NCBI RefSeq assembly: GCF_006345805.1
Contig: NC_042997.1
Span: forward strand, 119,722,001-119,786,000
Length of the DNA stretch: 64,000 nucleotides
Source: Octopus sinensis
Taxonomy: Eukaryota
Direction of reading: 5' to 3'
In this document: positions 37,631 to 50,439 of the stretch, piece by piece
Layout: each line of letters opens with the position of its first letter
Position numbering within the stretch: position 1 is the stretch's first letter
The notes under the pieces: generated by a model
Seen by the model: the letters and a program-made list of their open reading frames with translations, nothing else
Database searches by the model: none
What the model was told of the DNA's origin: nothing
Program-made: the position numbers and the translations under genes

Positions 37631-38200
37631 AAAAAATTAATATAGATAGCCGTGTGCAATGTATTACCAAGAAGAAAAACTCTAATTGGCATTAATTATG
37701 ACTAGAGTATAGAGAATACCTACCTTGCCAGAAATAAGGGATAAAAAGTTCTAATGCTGTAGGTAAAGCACATAATTGTATACATAAATACTGACAGGAA
37801 TTGCCATCGCCTAAAAACACCGGTTGAGAAATTCCCTATACCGAAAGGTCAGTTTCGGTCATATTCTGTGGCCTCATCAGTAGAGACCGCTCGATTCGGC
37901 TGGATCCGGTTTTACTTCTGTCACTCCATATGTGTATACAAAAACATTAATATAGACAGTCATGTGCAATGGGTTACAAAAAGATAACTATAACTGTAAC
38001 CTACAGAGTGCCGGCGCACCTATATTGCTAGAATAAGCGTTAAAATCTCTTAATGCTGTAAGAAGTACACACTATGTCAACATTGAAAGGGGAGGTAACT
38101 GCCTTGTGACCGTCACTAAAATCACGAAGCTAAATTATGTTTGATATTTTGTAGGCGTCAGTAGTACTGACTACTGAAACATTAGATGGTTTGGGTAACA
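37631..38200 (-). repeat. Diverged dimer of a ~310-bp unit, first unit with an intact hammerhead
   Basis: ATTAATATAGA(T/C)AG(C/T)C(G/A)TGTGCAATG at about 37635 and 37946; TAATGCTGTA at 37752 and 38051. Confidence 0.6.
37834..37885 (-). ncRNA. Canonical compact type I hammerhead ribozyme
   Basis: CUCUA-CUGAUGA-GGCCACAGAAUAUGACC-GAAA-CUGA-CCUU-UCGG-UA-UAGGG. All three stems can form, with one mismatch in stem II. Confidence 0.82.
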
Positions 38201-38279
38201 CCAGCAGCTAGTATGTCTGATTTTAACGTAGAAACATATGGTTTATTTAGCAAAAGGCTAATGCCTATATTAAAATCTC

Positions 38280-38620
38280 TGGAGACTGGACGAGGGGGAG
38301 CAGAATGCTTTCGTCACTCGGAGCGCATTTCGGGTAAATCCGTCTGACTACAGTTCCATACCTGTACAGTTTATCTCGAAATGGAAGCATACCCCTGCCT
38401 GGCAAAGGACATCTGGAAATTTTCCATGATAGTTACCAACCCGTAAGATCTTATCGGCGACCAATTTCAGGCCTAGAATGTCGTCGCACTTCCCTGCCAC
38501 TAATCCTCTATAAATTCCTAAAGCAAAACGACCACTGATCCAATTGCACGACTGGTAGAGGGCTGCGAGCTCCTGATCCCATTCTATAATAATAATAATA
38601 ATAATGATAATAATAATAAC

Positions 38621-38660
<40 letters not shown>
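38280..38660 (+). mobile_element. Probable retroelement 3' end with (TAA)n tail
   Basis: More GC-rich block ending directly in (TAA)n at about 38587-38660. Confidence 0.4.
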
Positions 38661-38663
<3 letters not shown>

Positions 38664-39560
38664 TCAGGAAAATGTGACTCATATAGTAAATGAATGTAGT
38701 ATTATGGCACAGAAAGATTATAAGAAAAGTCATAACAACCTAGGCAGAGTAATCCAAAAGGAGTTATGCAGAAAGATATGACTTGACGATACTGATAAAT
38801 GAGGTGAACAAAATGAAACGGTGAATTAGAGTCCAACGAGATAATGTAAATGTGAGAAAGCATATGAGGATGGAGAATTTATGAAGACTAAGATTGCTGT
38901 TTCGATAAAAATTGACTGGATGGAAGAATATCTAAGCAGTTAATGCGTGCACGATAGAATCAGATCGATATGGAGCGGGAATTATAAAATGGCAAAAAAG
39001 AGAAGTGAAGAAAATGGATACCAAGACCAGAAAAATGTTAACAGTACACGGAGTGTTCCACACAAAGAGTAACACCAATAGGCTGTACTTGTCCAGAAGA
39101 AAGGGTAGGGAAGGTTTGATCAGTAACCAGGACTGTATGGCATCAGACAAAAGCAGCTTAGGCTGGTATGCAAAAAGATGTTGTGGAGACATTGTTAAAA
39201 CATACAAAGAAGACCGGTGTTATTAAAACTGAAAATTGTAGAACAAAAGTAAAATGAGAGCAAGAAATGAAGAAAAAAAAAAGAAAAGCACGGAAGGAAA
39301 AAATGTACGGTTAGTTTACAAGCGGTGTGAATGCAAAGACAGATAGAGAGGACCAGTGGCTATGTATGGAGATGAGTGACTTGAAGCTAAAGACTGAAGC
39401 ACTCGTATGCACAGCTCATAAGCAAGCGTTAAAGATGTGAAGTGCGCAATAGATAACACTACTGACAGCGACAAATATCAAATGTGTGATGAAAGATGTG
39501 AAACGGTACGGTCCATCGTTACCGAGTGCCCAAAATATAGAAGACTCCATGAAGATGCGA
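38661..39560 (+). mobile_element. Dong/R4-clade LINE fragments
   Basis: ENVTHIVNEC..LGRVI, MDTKTRKMLTVHGVFH..RLYLSRRKGREGL, LKLKTEAL..A motifs with stops. Confidence 0.8.
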
Positions 39561-39569
39561 ATATAGAAG

Positions 39570-40230
39570 ACTTCTGATGTGTTGTCTATTCTGTAGTTGA
39601 TGTAATTGGTTCTTAATGCTTGTTCTAGGGTAGTACATATCTGGCTGCTTCTCACTCACTACTTCTTCCCTCACTTTATTTAACCGTACAGCATCTCCAT
39701 TAAAATTGAATGGCTTATCCCAAATATTAGTCTCAAACTCTCCAGCGTTTTCTGCAGAAGGATTCTCATCTTCAGTACTTTCTTCTCCACAATTCATTTG
39801 GTTATAAAATCTCTCTAAGTCTGTCTCAATTAATCTAGTCTGTTGATTGTAATCTATTCTGTTCTGATATCTAATGAAATCTAGCAGTTTGCCAGTTGTC
39901 CCTTCCTTATTGGTAGTATTATTGTTAGTTCCTTTAGGTTCTTCTTTGGTTTGAACTGTATCTCTTATGTTGTTTTTTGTCTTTCCTACTCTCAGGTCTT
40001 TCTTTTCCAATTCTCTTGTGACCTTTTCCACCTCCAATTATAGTATCCATTTCTTCTAATAGCTTGAGCTTGATCCACTATGCTTTGGTCAGTGATCTTA
40101 AACATATCCTCCTCTACCCAAAGTGTGACATCCGTTTTCTATAACCCTTTCTATTAGGTTCACTTTCTGAGTAGCACAGCATCACGAGCCTATTTTCTTC
40201 GAGGATCCACTTCCTTGTCTGCTGCTGCTA
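39570..40230 (-). mobile_element. Dong/R4-clade LINE, N-terminal region fused to a C-terminal scrap
   Basis: RYQNRIDYNQQTRL..FY..IW followed by EQALRTNYINYRID. Confidence 0.65.
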
Positions 40231-40789
40231 TCTTAAGTTAACAGGTGATATGAGTTTGCATCTTAACCTATGCACTTTAAAGTTCGTCACCACTATTATT
40301 CTGCGATGTCTGATCGGTTCAAGTAAGTTTCTATTCCAACTCTTGCTGCACTTTGTGCTGGCGAAGTGTGTGCTGCATTCGTTCAGAAGAGTGTTGCATA
40401 GTAGTTTGTGTAAATTATAAATAAACCATTTCATTGTAATCATGGTAATCTGTGCAACGTTCAATGCGTTTCAGGAGAGAAATTAAGAGATGGGTCCGTC
40501 TTAATAGCCTTTACTTTTTGACAGAGCTCCGCCAATGGACATGTGTTAGTGATACATTCATATTATAATGATTATTGATGTATAAGCGAGAGACCTAGAA
40601 AAAACAACAATGTGCATATATATGTATATATATATATATACAGAGAGAGAGAGAGAGAGAGAGAAGAGGGGGATTTGTATAGATACGGTTGGACATGTGA
40701 TCAAAATACTCCTCGGTTATGCTGGTATCGTAGAGTGGCTAGATGCATAGAAGTAACATTATTCAGCAGTCTTAATTGTATCACGTGTT

Positions 40790-41600
40790 TTCACTACACT
40801 ACCGAGCGCAGCTATGTAAGCCTTGGATACGTGCAGTGATTTGTTGCGATGCTCTTATTTTTACTATATTTAAAGTGTTTTTACGTAGGATATGTGCGGT
40901 GCCTATTATGCTATTTTCTCTATGTTATATATATACTATTTTCTGTATGTTATATATATGCTACTTTGTCTTGATGTTTTTGCTATGTATTTATCTGAAT
41001 AATTTTTATCATACCTAATACGCCTACTATATATTAAGAATTGTTTCTGCGTTTAGACTCCATATTTGAGTTACCTCTATTTTCAAATTTTTGTATTTTG
41101 AAAGTTTCATCGTTTCTTTCAGAGAAATATTGTCATATATTAGTATTTATACATCGATCACAAAACATTTTTTCTGACAACTGTATTCGGCATATTAACC
41201 GTAATTTCTCTATCTGGGTGTATTGTCATATCCCAAAGTACGCTTGCTTTCTCATTTTGTGACCTTTCCTGGCGTGTGCCTATACATCTTTTTGCTTCCA
41301 CTGTATATAATTCCCAACTCTGTTGTGGGTGAATTAATTCTTTTTTAGTCAGGACTGGGCGGCTACAGACAATATAATTTATTGATTCATCACGATCCCC
41401 ACATATTCTGCAATTACTTGTATTTATTTTCATTACATATTATTGGTAATTTCTGGTGTGGAGACGTTGGTCTTGAGCTGCAATTAAAATCCTTTGGTCT
41501 CATCCTTGCTTGTGAAGTAGGTATTTTTGTATTTTTGTAGCCTTATGTTGTTTATCTGGTAATAGTTTTCTACCTGTATAAGGCCTCTGCACCTATTATT
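40790..41600 (-). mobile_element. Dong/R4-clade LINE 3' part, decayed
   Basis: AQDQ, CRICGDRDESINYIV, VLWDMTIHPDREI motifs. 3' UTR shared with 41705-42030. Confidence 0.8.
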
Positions 41601-41633
41601 ACTGTTATTATTATTATTACTATTATTATTATA

Positions 41634-41704
<71 letters not shown>

Positions 41705-42033
41705 GATTCAGTAGTTTTATTTTTATAGCGTGCTTTCACTTCACTACCGAGCGCAGCTCTGTGTGCCTTGGGTATGTGCTGTGATTTGTTGTGATGCTGT
41801 GATGGTTATTGTATGGAAAGTGTTCTGCGTAGGATGTGTGCAGTACCTAGTAGTGCAATTTTCTGTATGTTATATGTGTTTGTAATTCCTGGTGTTTTTG
41901 TTATGTATTTGTCTGAATATTTTTTATCATGCCTAATGCACCTACTATGATAGGAATTGTTTCTGTTTTCAGATTCCACATTCTAGTTACCTCTATTTCT
42001 CCATTTCTTTCAGAGACACGTTGTCATCTGCCG

Positions 42034-42070
<37 letters not shown>

Positions 42071-42086
42071 CATTATTATTATTATT

Positions 42087-42121
<35 letters not shown>

Positions 42122-42135
42122 TATCATTATTATTA

Positions 42136-42184
<49 letters not shown>

Positions 42185-42240
42185 CATTATTATAATTATT
42201 ATTATTATTATTATCATTATAATTAATGATAATAATACAA
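41595..42240 (-). mobile_element. Short Dong/R4 3' end (41705-42030) embedded in (TTA)n/(TCA)n
   Basis: EIEVTRMWNLKTETIPIIVGALG..IQKIALLGTAHILR on the minus strand, flanked by TAA repeats. Confidence 0.8.
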
Positions 42241-43541
42241 ATAGTAACGATAATCATAATAATAAGATCAATAAAGTCGATGCAACAACCAGTTGTAGCT
42301 GCAGCGGAAGCACCTGTTGGTCATTTTAATATGTTTATAAATATAAAATAAATTTCTTTAATATACAACTTTGCATACTCTTTATTATTAATAATATATA
42401 CTGTAGACACTGTTTACCGTCTAGCGAAGCGTACACAGAATCACCCATCGAATCTATTCTGAGGGTGACTAACAAAAAATTGTAGTGACAGACGTTAAAT
42501 ATTTATCGTTGTGGTTAGTCGTTTACTGGAAATGAATTGATAACTAATACGGTATCCGCGCGGATTATACATACACAGATACACACACACAGCACACATA
42601 TACATCACACACATAGACACGTACCCGCACACGTACACACATCATATACACCACACACACATAACATACATATCACACACACATCACACACATAATATAC
42701 ACATGAAACACATATCACTCGCGTGTACATACATACCGCATGCGAACACAAGCTCACATACACGCACGTTCACACACAAATACTTATACAGGAGACTTAA
42801 ACTTCTTTATAGACTGAAAATTCTTGTATATGCATATTTTTCGCAACCAAAGAATACTAAATAGAAAAGCTGAGCGTGAAAAGAGCTTACAGTGACATTA
42901 CAATGAATAAAACAGAGAGTGATATTTTTTTTTCGAATGAAGACACAGAAAATGTCGAAGTTTATTTTCGTATCGGAAAGAACAGTGTTGCAAAAAAAAT
43001 AAATAAATAAGAATAATAAAAAGATAACATAAACTGAAATGTAAATATTTGGAGATATAGAAATCTCGTCACCCATATTTCAATATGTGGACAGTATATT
43101 ACGATACATTCCTATGAATATATATCTATTTTTATGTCTCCAGGTGAATATATCAAATAGGCAGTGTAAAATATTTCACCTCATTTTAAATTATTCTGAA
43201 AAAATGGACGATTGATACGACAAAAGCGAGAATGCCAAAAACATTGCTATGTACCAGTGAGTATAAAATAAATTTACGAAACATAATTCCAACGATCAAA
43301 GCCGTAAGCAGAAATAATATTAAAATTCAACTCATATAATTTTGGTATTGAAAGTAAAATTGAAAAACTAAATTTCCTTTGCTTATCCCACAATAACTTG
43401 TGTTTTAATAACATACTGCACAAGATTACAGATAGACTAAGTATGCAAAAATATACAGTGGCTGTTTTTAGTATCTTTATGCTAAAATAACACCGACTGA
43501 ATTTTAAGTAACCGTTGTGATAGAAACCCTGTTAAACATAT

Positions 43542-44056
43542 TGTTACGAGGGGGGACCTCCGTCGAACGAAAGCTGTTACGGAATCCCTCACACAGGCCC
43601 GTTCGATCAGCGAATGTTCGCCACGGAAACTCGGAGAGGAGAGAGATACAACAACTACAACAACAGCCGCAGGAAGAGACACAGAGGCAATCGAGAGAGA
43701 CACAAAAAAGGCAATTGGCTCACATTTAACGTACTAGTTTATATGACTATTACAACATCAAATACATTTAAAGATACATCAGGTAACTACAAGCAAGTAA
43801 CAACACATCAAATGCAATAACAACAGCATTTCAAGAGTACACGTCGAATTAAACAACAAGTCAATATATCATACCACAGATCAAAGCATTTAAACATGGA
43901 GATACAATATAACAGTCCGGAGACAACAGTTCTGTTGCAAATCACATTAAAGGCATATACAATGTTCGTAGACAAATAAGTTCAGAGTTCTTTCACATTT
44001 CGATACATCGATTCTTTTTTACTGTCTCATTTCTTCTTTCTCTTTTTTTCGTAACA
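43542..44056. mobile_element. Solo LTR
   Basis: Termini TGTTACGA...TCGTAACA (TG..CA, 8-bp inverted). Flanks CATAT / CGTAT form a 5-bp TSD with one transition. Confidence 0.7.
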
Positions 44057-44194
44057 CGTATCAATACAATTCCTTTTACATAAATACCACAATTCTTTCC
44101 TTCTTTTTCTTCACATATCAAAATATAATTAAACACAAACAAAACTTTACCGGGCGTTCCTTTTCCGTCTGCAACAATTTCAGACAATTACTAC

Positions 44195-44571
44195 TGTGAT
44201 TGCCAAGCCCCCTCGCTGCAGTCTCTTAGTTCCTTAACCCTCCCTGTCTTTCATCTGTCACAGCAGAAAACAACCTGTTACTTGCTCTGTCCTCGACTGA
44301 CTCGTCTCTAGCAGAGTTTCCGGCCAACCGTTCGCCTTGAATCCCAAATACTTACTGTCTCTTAATCTCTCCGGCCGGAACTGATGTACTTAGATTCACA
44401 GCTCCTGCTTTTATAAAGTAGTTTCTTTGACCCTTCCTTGACCGGCAAAAGGGTAGGGGTCCTTCCAAAAGCCATCACCTTCCGTGAACAAAGGACTATA
44501 ATTTTGTATTCCAGACTTTCAGACTCCACCCCAAGCAAAGTAGGTCATAGAAGTGTCCCTGACCATTCACA
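44195..44571. mobile_element. Possible second solo LTR
   Basis: TGTGA...TCACA termini and internal TTTTATAAAG. TSD not convincing. Confidence 0.35.
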
Positions 44572-44682
44572 ACAATATGAACATATGAATTCAATATGTG
44601 AAACGCTACCATTTTGTAAAGGACCTCCTATACCCGAAATGATATCAACCCTACACTGTCTCTTTCATCTTTCACCTCACTC

Positions 44683-44720
<38 letters not shown>

Positions 44721-44723
44721 ATA

Positions 44724-44822
<99 letters not shown>

Positions 44823-44879
44823 ATAATATTATAAATAAAAGACATATATACATATATATACATATGTATATTACGCTTT

Positions 44880-45235
44880 TTACTCTTTTACTCTTTTACT
44901 TGTTTCAGTCATTTGACTGTGGCAATGCTGGAGCACCGCCTTTAGTCGAGCAAATTGACCCCAGTACTTATTCTTTGTTGGCCTAGTACTTAATCTGTCG
45001 GTCTCCTTTTGCCGAACCTCTAAGTTACGGGGACGTAACACACCAGCATCAGTTGTCAAGCTGTTGGGGGGGGGTACAAACACAGACACACAAACACATA
45101 CAAACACATACATATATATATATACATATATACAACGGGCTTCTTTCAGTTTCCGTCTACCATATCCACTCACAAGGCTTTGGTCGGCCCGAGGATATAG
45201 TAGAAGACACTTGCCCAAGGTGCCACGCAATGGGT
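44880..45235 (-). mobile_element. SINE family A copy (5'-truncated)
   Basis: Reverse complement of 1198-1586. Confidence 0.85.
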
Positions 45236-45239
45236 TGCA

Positions 45240-46330
45240 TCGTCCATGAATTGATAGAGTGGAAGAATTCTGTAGTTGGGTTTTCGTTAGTGGTGCAATT
45301 GTCGATGTATTTGCTAAATGCCATTTTCCTGTATTCTCGAATTTTAATCTAGCATCTATCTAGGGTCATCCTATGGCGTAACCTGTGTTTGGTCTGGCCT
45401 ATGTATTGTTTTCTATGCTCCGAGCAAGTTAATACATAGATTATATTTTCCGAAGCGCATCTGAAGTTGGTTTACATTGGAAAACGTTGACTTTATTTAA
45501 AGAACTATGATCCCTAAATTCGGTTGACATTTAGGTTTTCCGCATTTTTTCCCTGGCGGTTTCAATGTTGCTGCCGAGTGTACTTGAGCTTGTGTAAGGA
45601 GACTTTTCATTGACTTGGGTGGTCCTTTGCTCCTTATGATGCTGGGCGTTTGGAGGATTAAATTCTTTCTGTGATCTCTTTTTAGAATAGGAATGTTCTG
45701 GAGAAGGGTGTCGAAGGCTTCACTGTTAAGGAGATTGTGTTTGGAGATGGATGGTAGGGGTTTGGTTGTAAATCCTTCTTTAGTTTGGGATGTCCGAATT
45801 CATGGATACTGGGTGTAGAGCATGCTGAAAGCCTATATCAATTAGTGATGGAGGGTGGTTCCTGCTGATGAGCTTACCCTTTAGTTCATGTAGTCCTGGT
45901 GGAATGGGGGTCCACATTTTTGGAGGGAAAATTCATATAGGATAGATTCAAAGAAACCTATTATTAGGTTTGCAAGACCAGGCACTACTTTTATTCCCAT
46001 AGCAACACCGCATTTTTTGGCGGTAATATGTTTCATCGAATAGGAAGTCATTGCATTGTAGGATGAACTTCAGATATTCAACGACAAAAGTCTGGTTCAT
46101 GCAGTCCAGGAGAACTTCGGGGTTATTTTTCTAACCGGAATTGTATTGCCTCTATTCCGTAGTCCTGTGGAATGTTAGTGTAGAGGTTGATGACATCGAC
46201 GGAGACTAATTGTACTTCCTCGTTGGTGGTTTTCGGTAGATGCTCTAGCATATCCAAATCGTCTCTAATTATACTTTTAATGTATCTGAGGAAAGGTTTC
46301 AATAGTATATCCAGGAAATTGCTTTGGGGT
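45240..46330 (-). mobile_element. Penelope-like retroelement remnant (RT + GIY-YIG endonuclease)
   Basis: FLDILLKPFL..IIRDDLD, LVSVDVINLYTNIP, GVAMG (PLE RT). NFRCASENIIYVLTC..QYIGQT (GIY-YIG). Frameshifted, with an internal deletion. Confidence 0.88.
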
Positions 46331-47319
46331 ATGTTTCACAGGTTGGGCCCTCTTTAATCGAGCTTAATTTTAAGTCTTCTTGTGTTGGGGTGTTGACAGA
46401 TGCGCAAGAAATGAAACACCAAATTTCCATATTTTTCCATCATACCAATGCAAATATTCAATCTCCTTACAAGAACGCCCAAAGAAAACCTGTTCATACA
46501 AAAGCACAGAACACACTTTAATATACAAACTTGACCACCTGATCCTTACACGCTGCTATTTCAAAATCAAATTTATTTACCCCTATTCAATAACACTGAG
46601 GCTGTAGTTGCCCCCCTTGCCACCTATTGACGGCCTTTATTCACTCTCTTCATTCATTCTTACTTTTCAAGTTATCGGAAATGGCGTGATTTATTTGACT
46701 TAAGTAATGATTGCTTCATAATATCCCTTGGAAAGGTAATTCAAATAGTAAAAACCGGTTGGTTTTCACTATATATGTTATGAAACTTTTACCACTCAAA
46801 AAATATGTATATACATATTTTTTATAAAAAGATATTAAAACTACGTGAAACGAAGGCATTAATCGTCCGCTTGTTATATTCCTTTACACATATTTTCACT
46901 TCATAATTTTGCCACGTGGTATGTACTGATTATCCAGCAACTTTGCTCCTTACAGACACACACACACATAAATATGCACACACACACACACACATAAATA
47001 TGCACACATACACACATAAATATGCACACACACACATACACACACACACATATATATATATATATAAATATATATATATATAATTTCAGCAAAATGTAGA
47101 TTCAAATGAATATGGTACTGAATTTAGATGCACCAGAATTTTGTATGGTGTTATGCATATAAGTCCATGGGGTAATTATAATCAAAATAAGCAAAAAGAA
47201 TAACTTCGGTAATTTGGTACGATCGTTTCGCACTACATCATTTTATTAAATGTTGTAAGTATTACAGCATTTAATAAAATGATGTAGTGCGAAGCGATCG
47301 TATGTATATATATATATAT

Positions 47320-47600
47320 TCTACAGCGAGTGAAAGACGGGATGGACGCTTCGATTTTGTGTTGGTGCCCCACTCTGTCGTACGCGACTATGAGGATTTG
47401 CATCCCCAACGTAAAACTCATAATGTAATACATGTCCTTGAAGTAGTAATTGTACGCGGCTGAAGAAGGCTATAGACACACATTATGCATTGTTATAAAA
47501 CCGTCTAATAAAGGCCCGAAACATATGTACCGCTAAATCCTTGGCATCATGTTTTTATTTTGATTAATATACAATTATCAAGTATTCACCCTGAATTTAT
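47320..47600 (+). mobile_element. (TA)n-flanked non-autonomous HHR cassette, diverged relative of 60160-60487
   Basis: Colinear homology with 60160-60487, including the 3' end AATTATCAAGTA(T/C)TCACCC(T/C)GAATTT. Confidence 0.8.
47456..47533 (+). ncRNA. Type I hammerhead ribozyme
   Basis: GCGG-CUGAAGA-AGGC...GGCCC-GAAA-CAUAUG-UA-CCGC. Confidence 0.78.
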
Positions 47601-48041
47601 ATATATATATCTGTATATACATATAAATAGAAGTGTGTGTTCCTGTTCTTGTGTGTCTGTTTGTGTGTGTGTGTGTGTGTGTATGTATGTACTTATATAC
47701 ACATGTCTAACTTAATAGCACCACCTAGCAAACTCATTCAAATGAAGAATCGGACAAAATGATCCACAAGAGGAGTGAGTTATCGTTTACGGCGACATAT
47801 CCGGCTGCAGGAAGATTTTCCGGGATTTTTTAAAGGAAATGTATGTGTGTGTGTGTATGCTTATGTTTGCGCTCGCGCGAGAGTGTGCATGCACTATTAA
47901 GGATTTCAGAGAAGTAAGCACATTCAATGATTAATTCTATTGATACTTCTACGAGAGAAAAGAGGAAATATAAAGCCACTCTTTCGTTTCTTTCCTTTAC
48001 TCATTATACTTGAATATATGTCAGCTTTCAAGAGATGTATT

Positions 48042-48084
<43 letters not shown>

Positions 48085-48641
48085 ATATATATGCATCATC
48101 ATTACGTAGATACACATATATACATATGTCTGTATTCATCTATCTATCTATATTTATAGAGGTATAAATGTATTTAATTTAAAGTAAACAGATGCATTGA
48201 TATCTATAGGAAGTGACATTTAGTATTGTGCAAAAGAATAAAATTATACAATATAAATAATGGGCGAGATGCATTGTAGAGATATTTGTCAAATAATACG
48301 ATACGGAAACACTGTTATTTATATAAAATTTGCAAAAAAATTTTAAAATGATTTGAGATTGTTCAAATATATGATTTTTTGTCTATAATATACTTGTTAT
48401 TTTACTTCGTGATATTTTACCATTATCGAGAGAAATTTGCCAAGTAATGGAGAAAATAGCAAACAACAATATTTTTATTTTATATCGAAATACATTTTAA
48501 ATATGTATTATTTGCTTTATTTCATAGCAGCATATCAGAAACAATCGTCAAAATAACATTCAATAATTTCGAAGCTGTATGTTTATATATGCATATTTAT
48601 ATATATTTGTGTATATACGTTCATTTATATATATGATCATT

Positions 48642-48676
<35 letters not shown>

Positions 48677-48713
48677 TATATATATATATATATTATATAT
48701 ATATATATATATG

Positions 48714-48770
<57 letters not shown>

Positions 48771-48889
48771 ATATATATATATATATATATATATAAACAG
48801 ATATACAAACACACATACACATATCTATTAAACAGAATGAGATAACAAATCCAAGGCTGTGAGGAGTTTTCAGTATATTTTTATAATGA

Positions 48890-48937
48890 GTCTTACAGCT
48901 GTTTCTGGGATATTACGGATATCCCTTCATCAGAGAC
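48890..48937 (-). ncRNA. Minimal type I hammerhead ribozyme
   Basis: GUCU-CUGAUGA-A-GGGAUAU-CCGUA-AUAUCCC-A-GAAA-CAGCUG-UA-AGAC. Palindromic stem III. Lies next to (TA)n. Confidence 0.8.
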
Positions 48938-48956
48938 GGTGTGAGAAATTATTTGA

Positions 48957-49008
<52 letters not shown>

Positions 49009-49080
49009 TCAGATGAATATGGTACTTAAGTTGAAAGCACCAGAACCTATTACTTCTGGAGTTCCTTGTTGCATATTTTG

Positions 49081-49153
<73 letters not shown>

Positions 49154-49243
49154 AAGTTAATCCAAACAAGAACACACAACAATGCGAGGACGTGGAACAA
49201 ATATAGTATTATTGGACGATCAGGGAAGAAGGAAAGAAGGAGG

Positions 49244-49278
49244 GTTTAACGTTTCGAGCGGAGCTCTTCGTCGGAAAC
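49244..49278 (-). ncRNA. Minimal hammerhead variant (CCGACGA core)
   Basis: GUUU-CCGACGA-A-GAGC-UCC-GCUC-GAAA-CG-UU-AAAC with palindromic AACGUU. Confidence 0.6.
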
Positions 49279-50439
49279 ATAGGAGAAGGATAGATCCAGA
49301 GAAGGGAAGACAGAGGAAAACAATCTCCAACGGTACACACGAGGTCACTGTGCACACATACACAAATACCTTTACATATATATGTATATATTTAGTTATA
49401 ATTAATGTTTCTGTTTATATTTCTCTATATAGCAATAACAATTATTATGCAGAAAAATATAACGTATGATGTTCAATATACATCATACGTCATATAAATT
49501 GCACTCATAATTAGCTAAAAGGTGCAGAGAAACGTCATGTAATTATGCCCTTTCCATCATCAATGTCCTGCAAGAAATATTTAAATCTCTTTGATTTTCA
49601 GTGATTGTCATTGTTAGTATTATTTGACTCGTATCCTGCATGCGATCCTTTGTTTTTTCCTTACACACTACGAGGTCATTGCGCCTTTTAGATAGGTGGA
49701 TAAAGGATCTCCAGTTTTTTTCCGGAGGCACATATTCTATGGACGCACATTAACCTTACAGGGATGATCTTTAGCCAGGTTGGATATGATTCGTTCATTG
49801 CCATAGTTGATGTTCTGGGTTTTATGCAAATGAATACGTTCGGCTACTGTAGAGGTAGCTTTCAAATTGCTATTACAATGGTGTATAAGTGGTTGATAAT
49901 GCGAGTTTCACTGAATTAGTGGTAGCCTCGGTGTGTTATCCAGTGGTTGGTTTTGTTACTAGTTACTCATACGCTACATTTGCTTGAATACACCTCATCT
50001 CTCATGTAGACCATCCCATAAAACACCCCAATTTTCAGTTTTATGCTCTCGTTTTTCTTGGAATGAAAATGTATCAGTGCTGTGATGGAGATGTTGCTGC
50101 TGCTGCTGCTGATGATGATGACGACGTTGGTGACAATGATGACGATGATGATGACGGTGGTGATTGTAATGTGATAAGTACATTGTCAGTAGTTCTTGGA
50201 GAGAATGCGCTATAGTTTTCGACGTTGGTAGTTAGCTGGATTGAAGTATATTCATGTCGACAGTGAGCCGAAACGAAAATTCTAGGTTCGTGAACCACTT
50301 CTTCGTTTAACAGTATATATGTATGTGTATGTATGTGTGTATATTTGAGGACGCGTGCATGTGAGTGTGTGTATTCATATGTCTGCATGTAAATCATTAT
50401 GCTGATATGAGTGCAAGTAATCAAAATGTTATAGAATAC

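Noticed and set aside
46715-46770. Possible hammerhead relic (AAAACCGGTT palindrome)
   Set aside because: Both core boxes are too degenerate to call.
49540-50050. Possible Penelope N-terminal fragment (RNDLVVCK)
   Set aside because: A single weak motif with no supporting RT motifs nearby.
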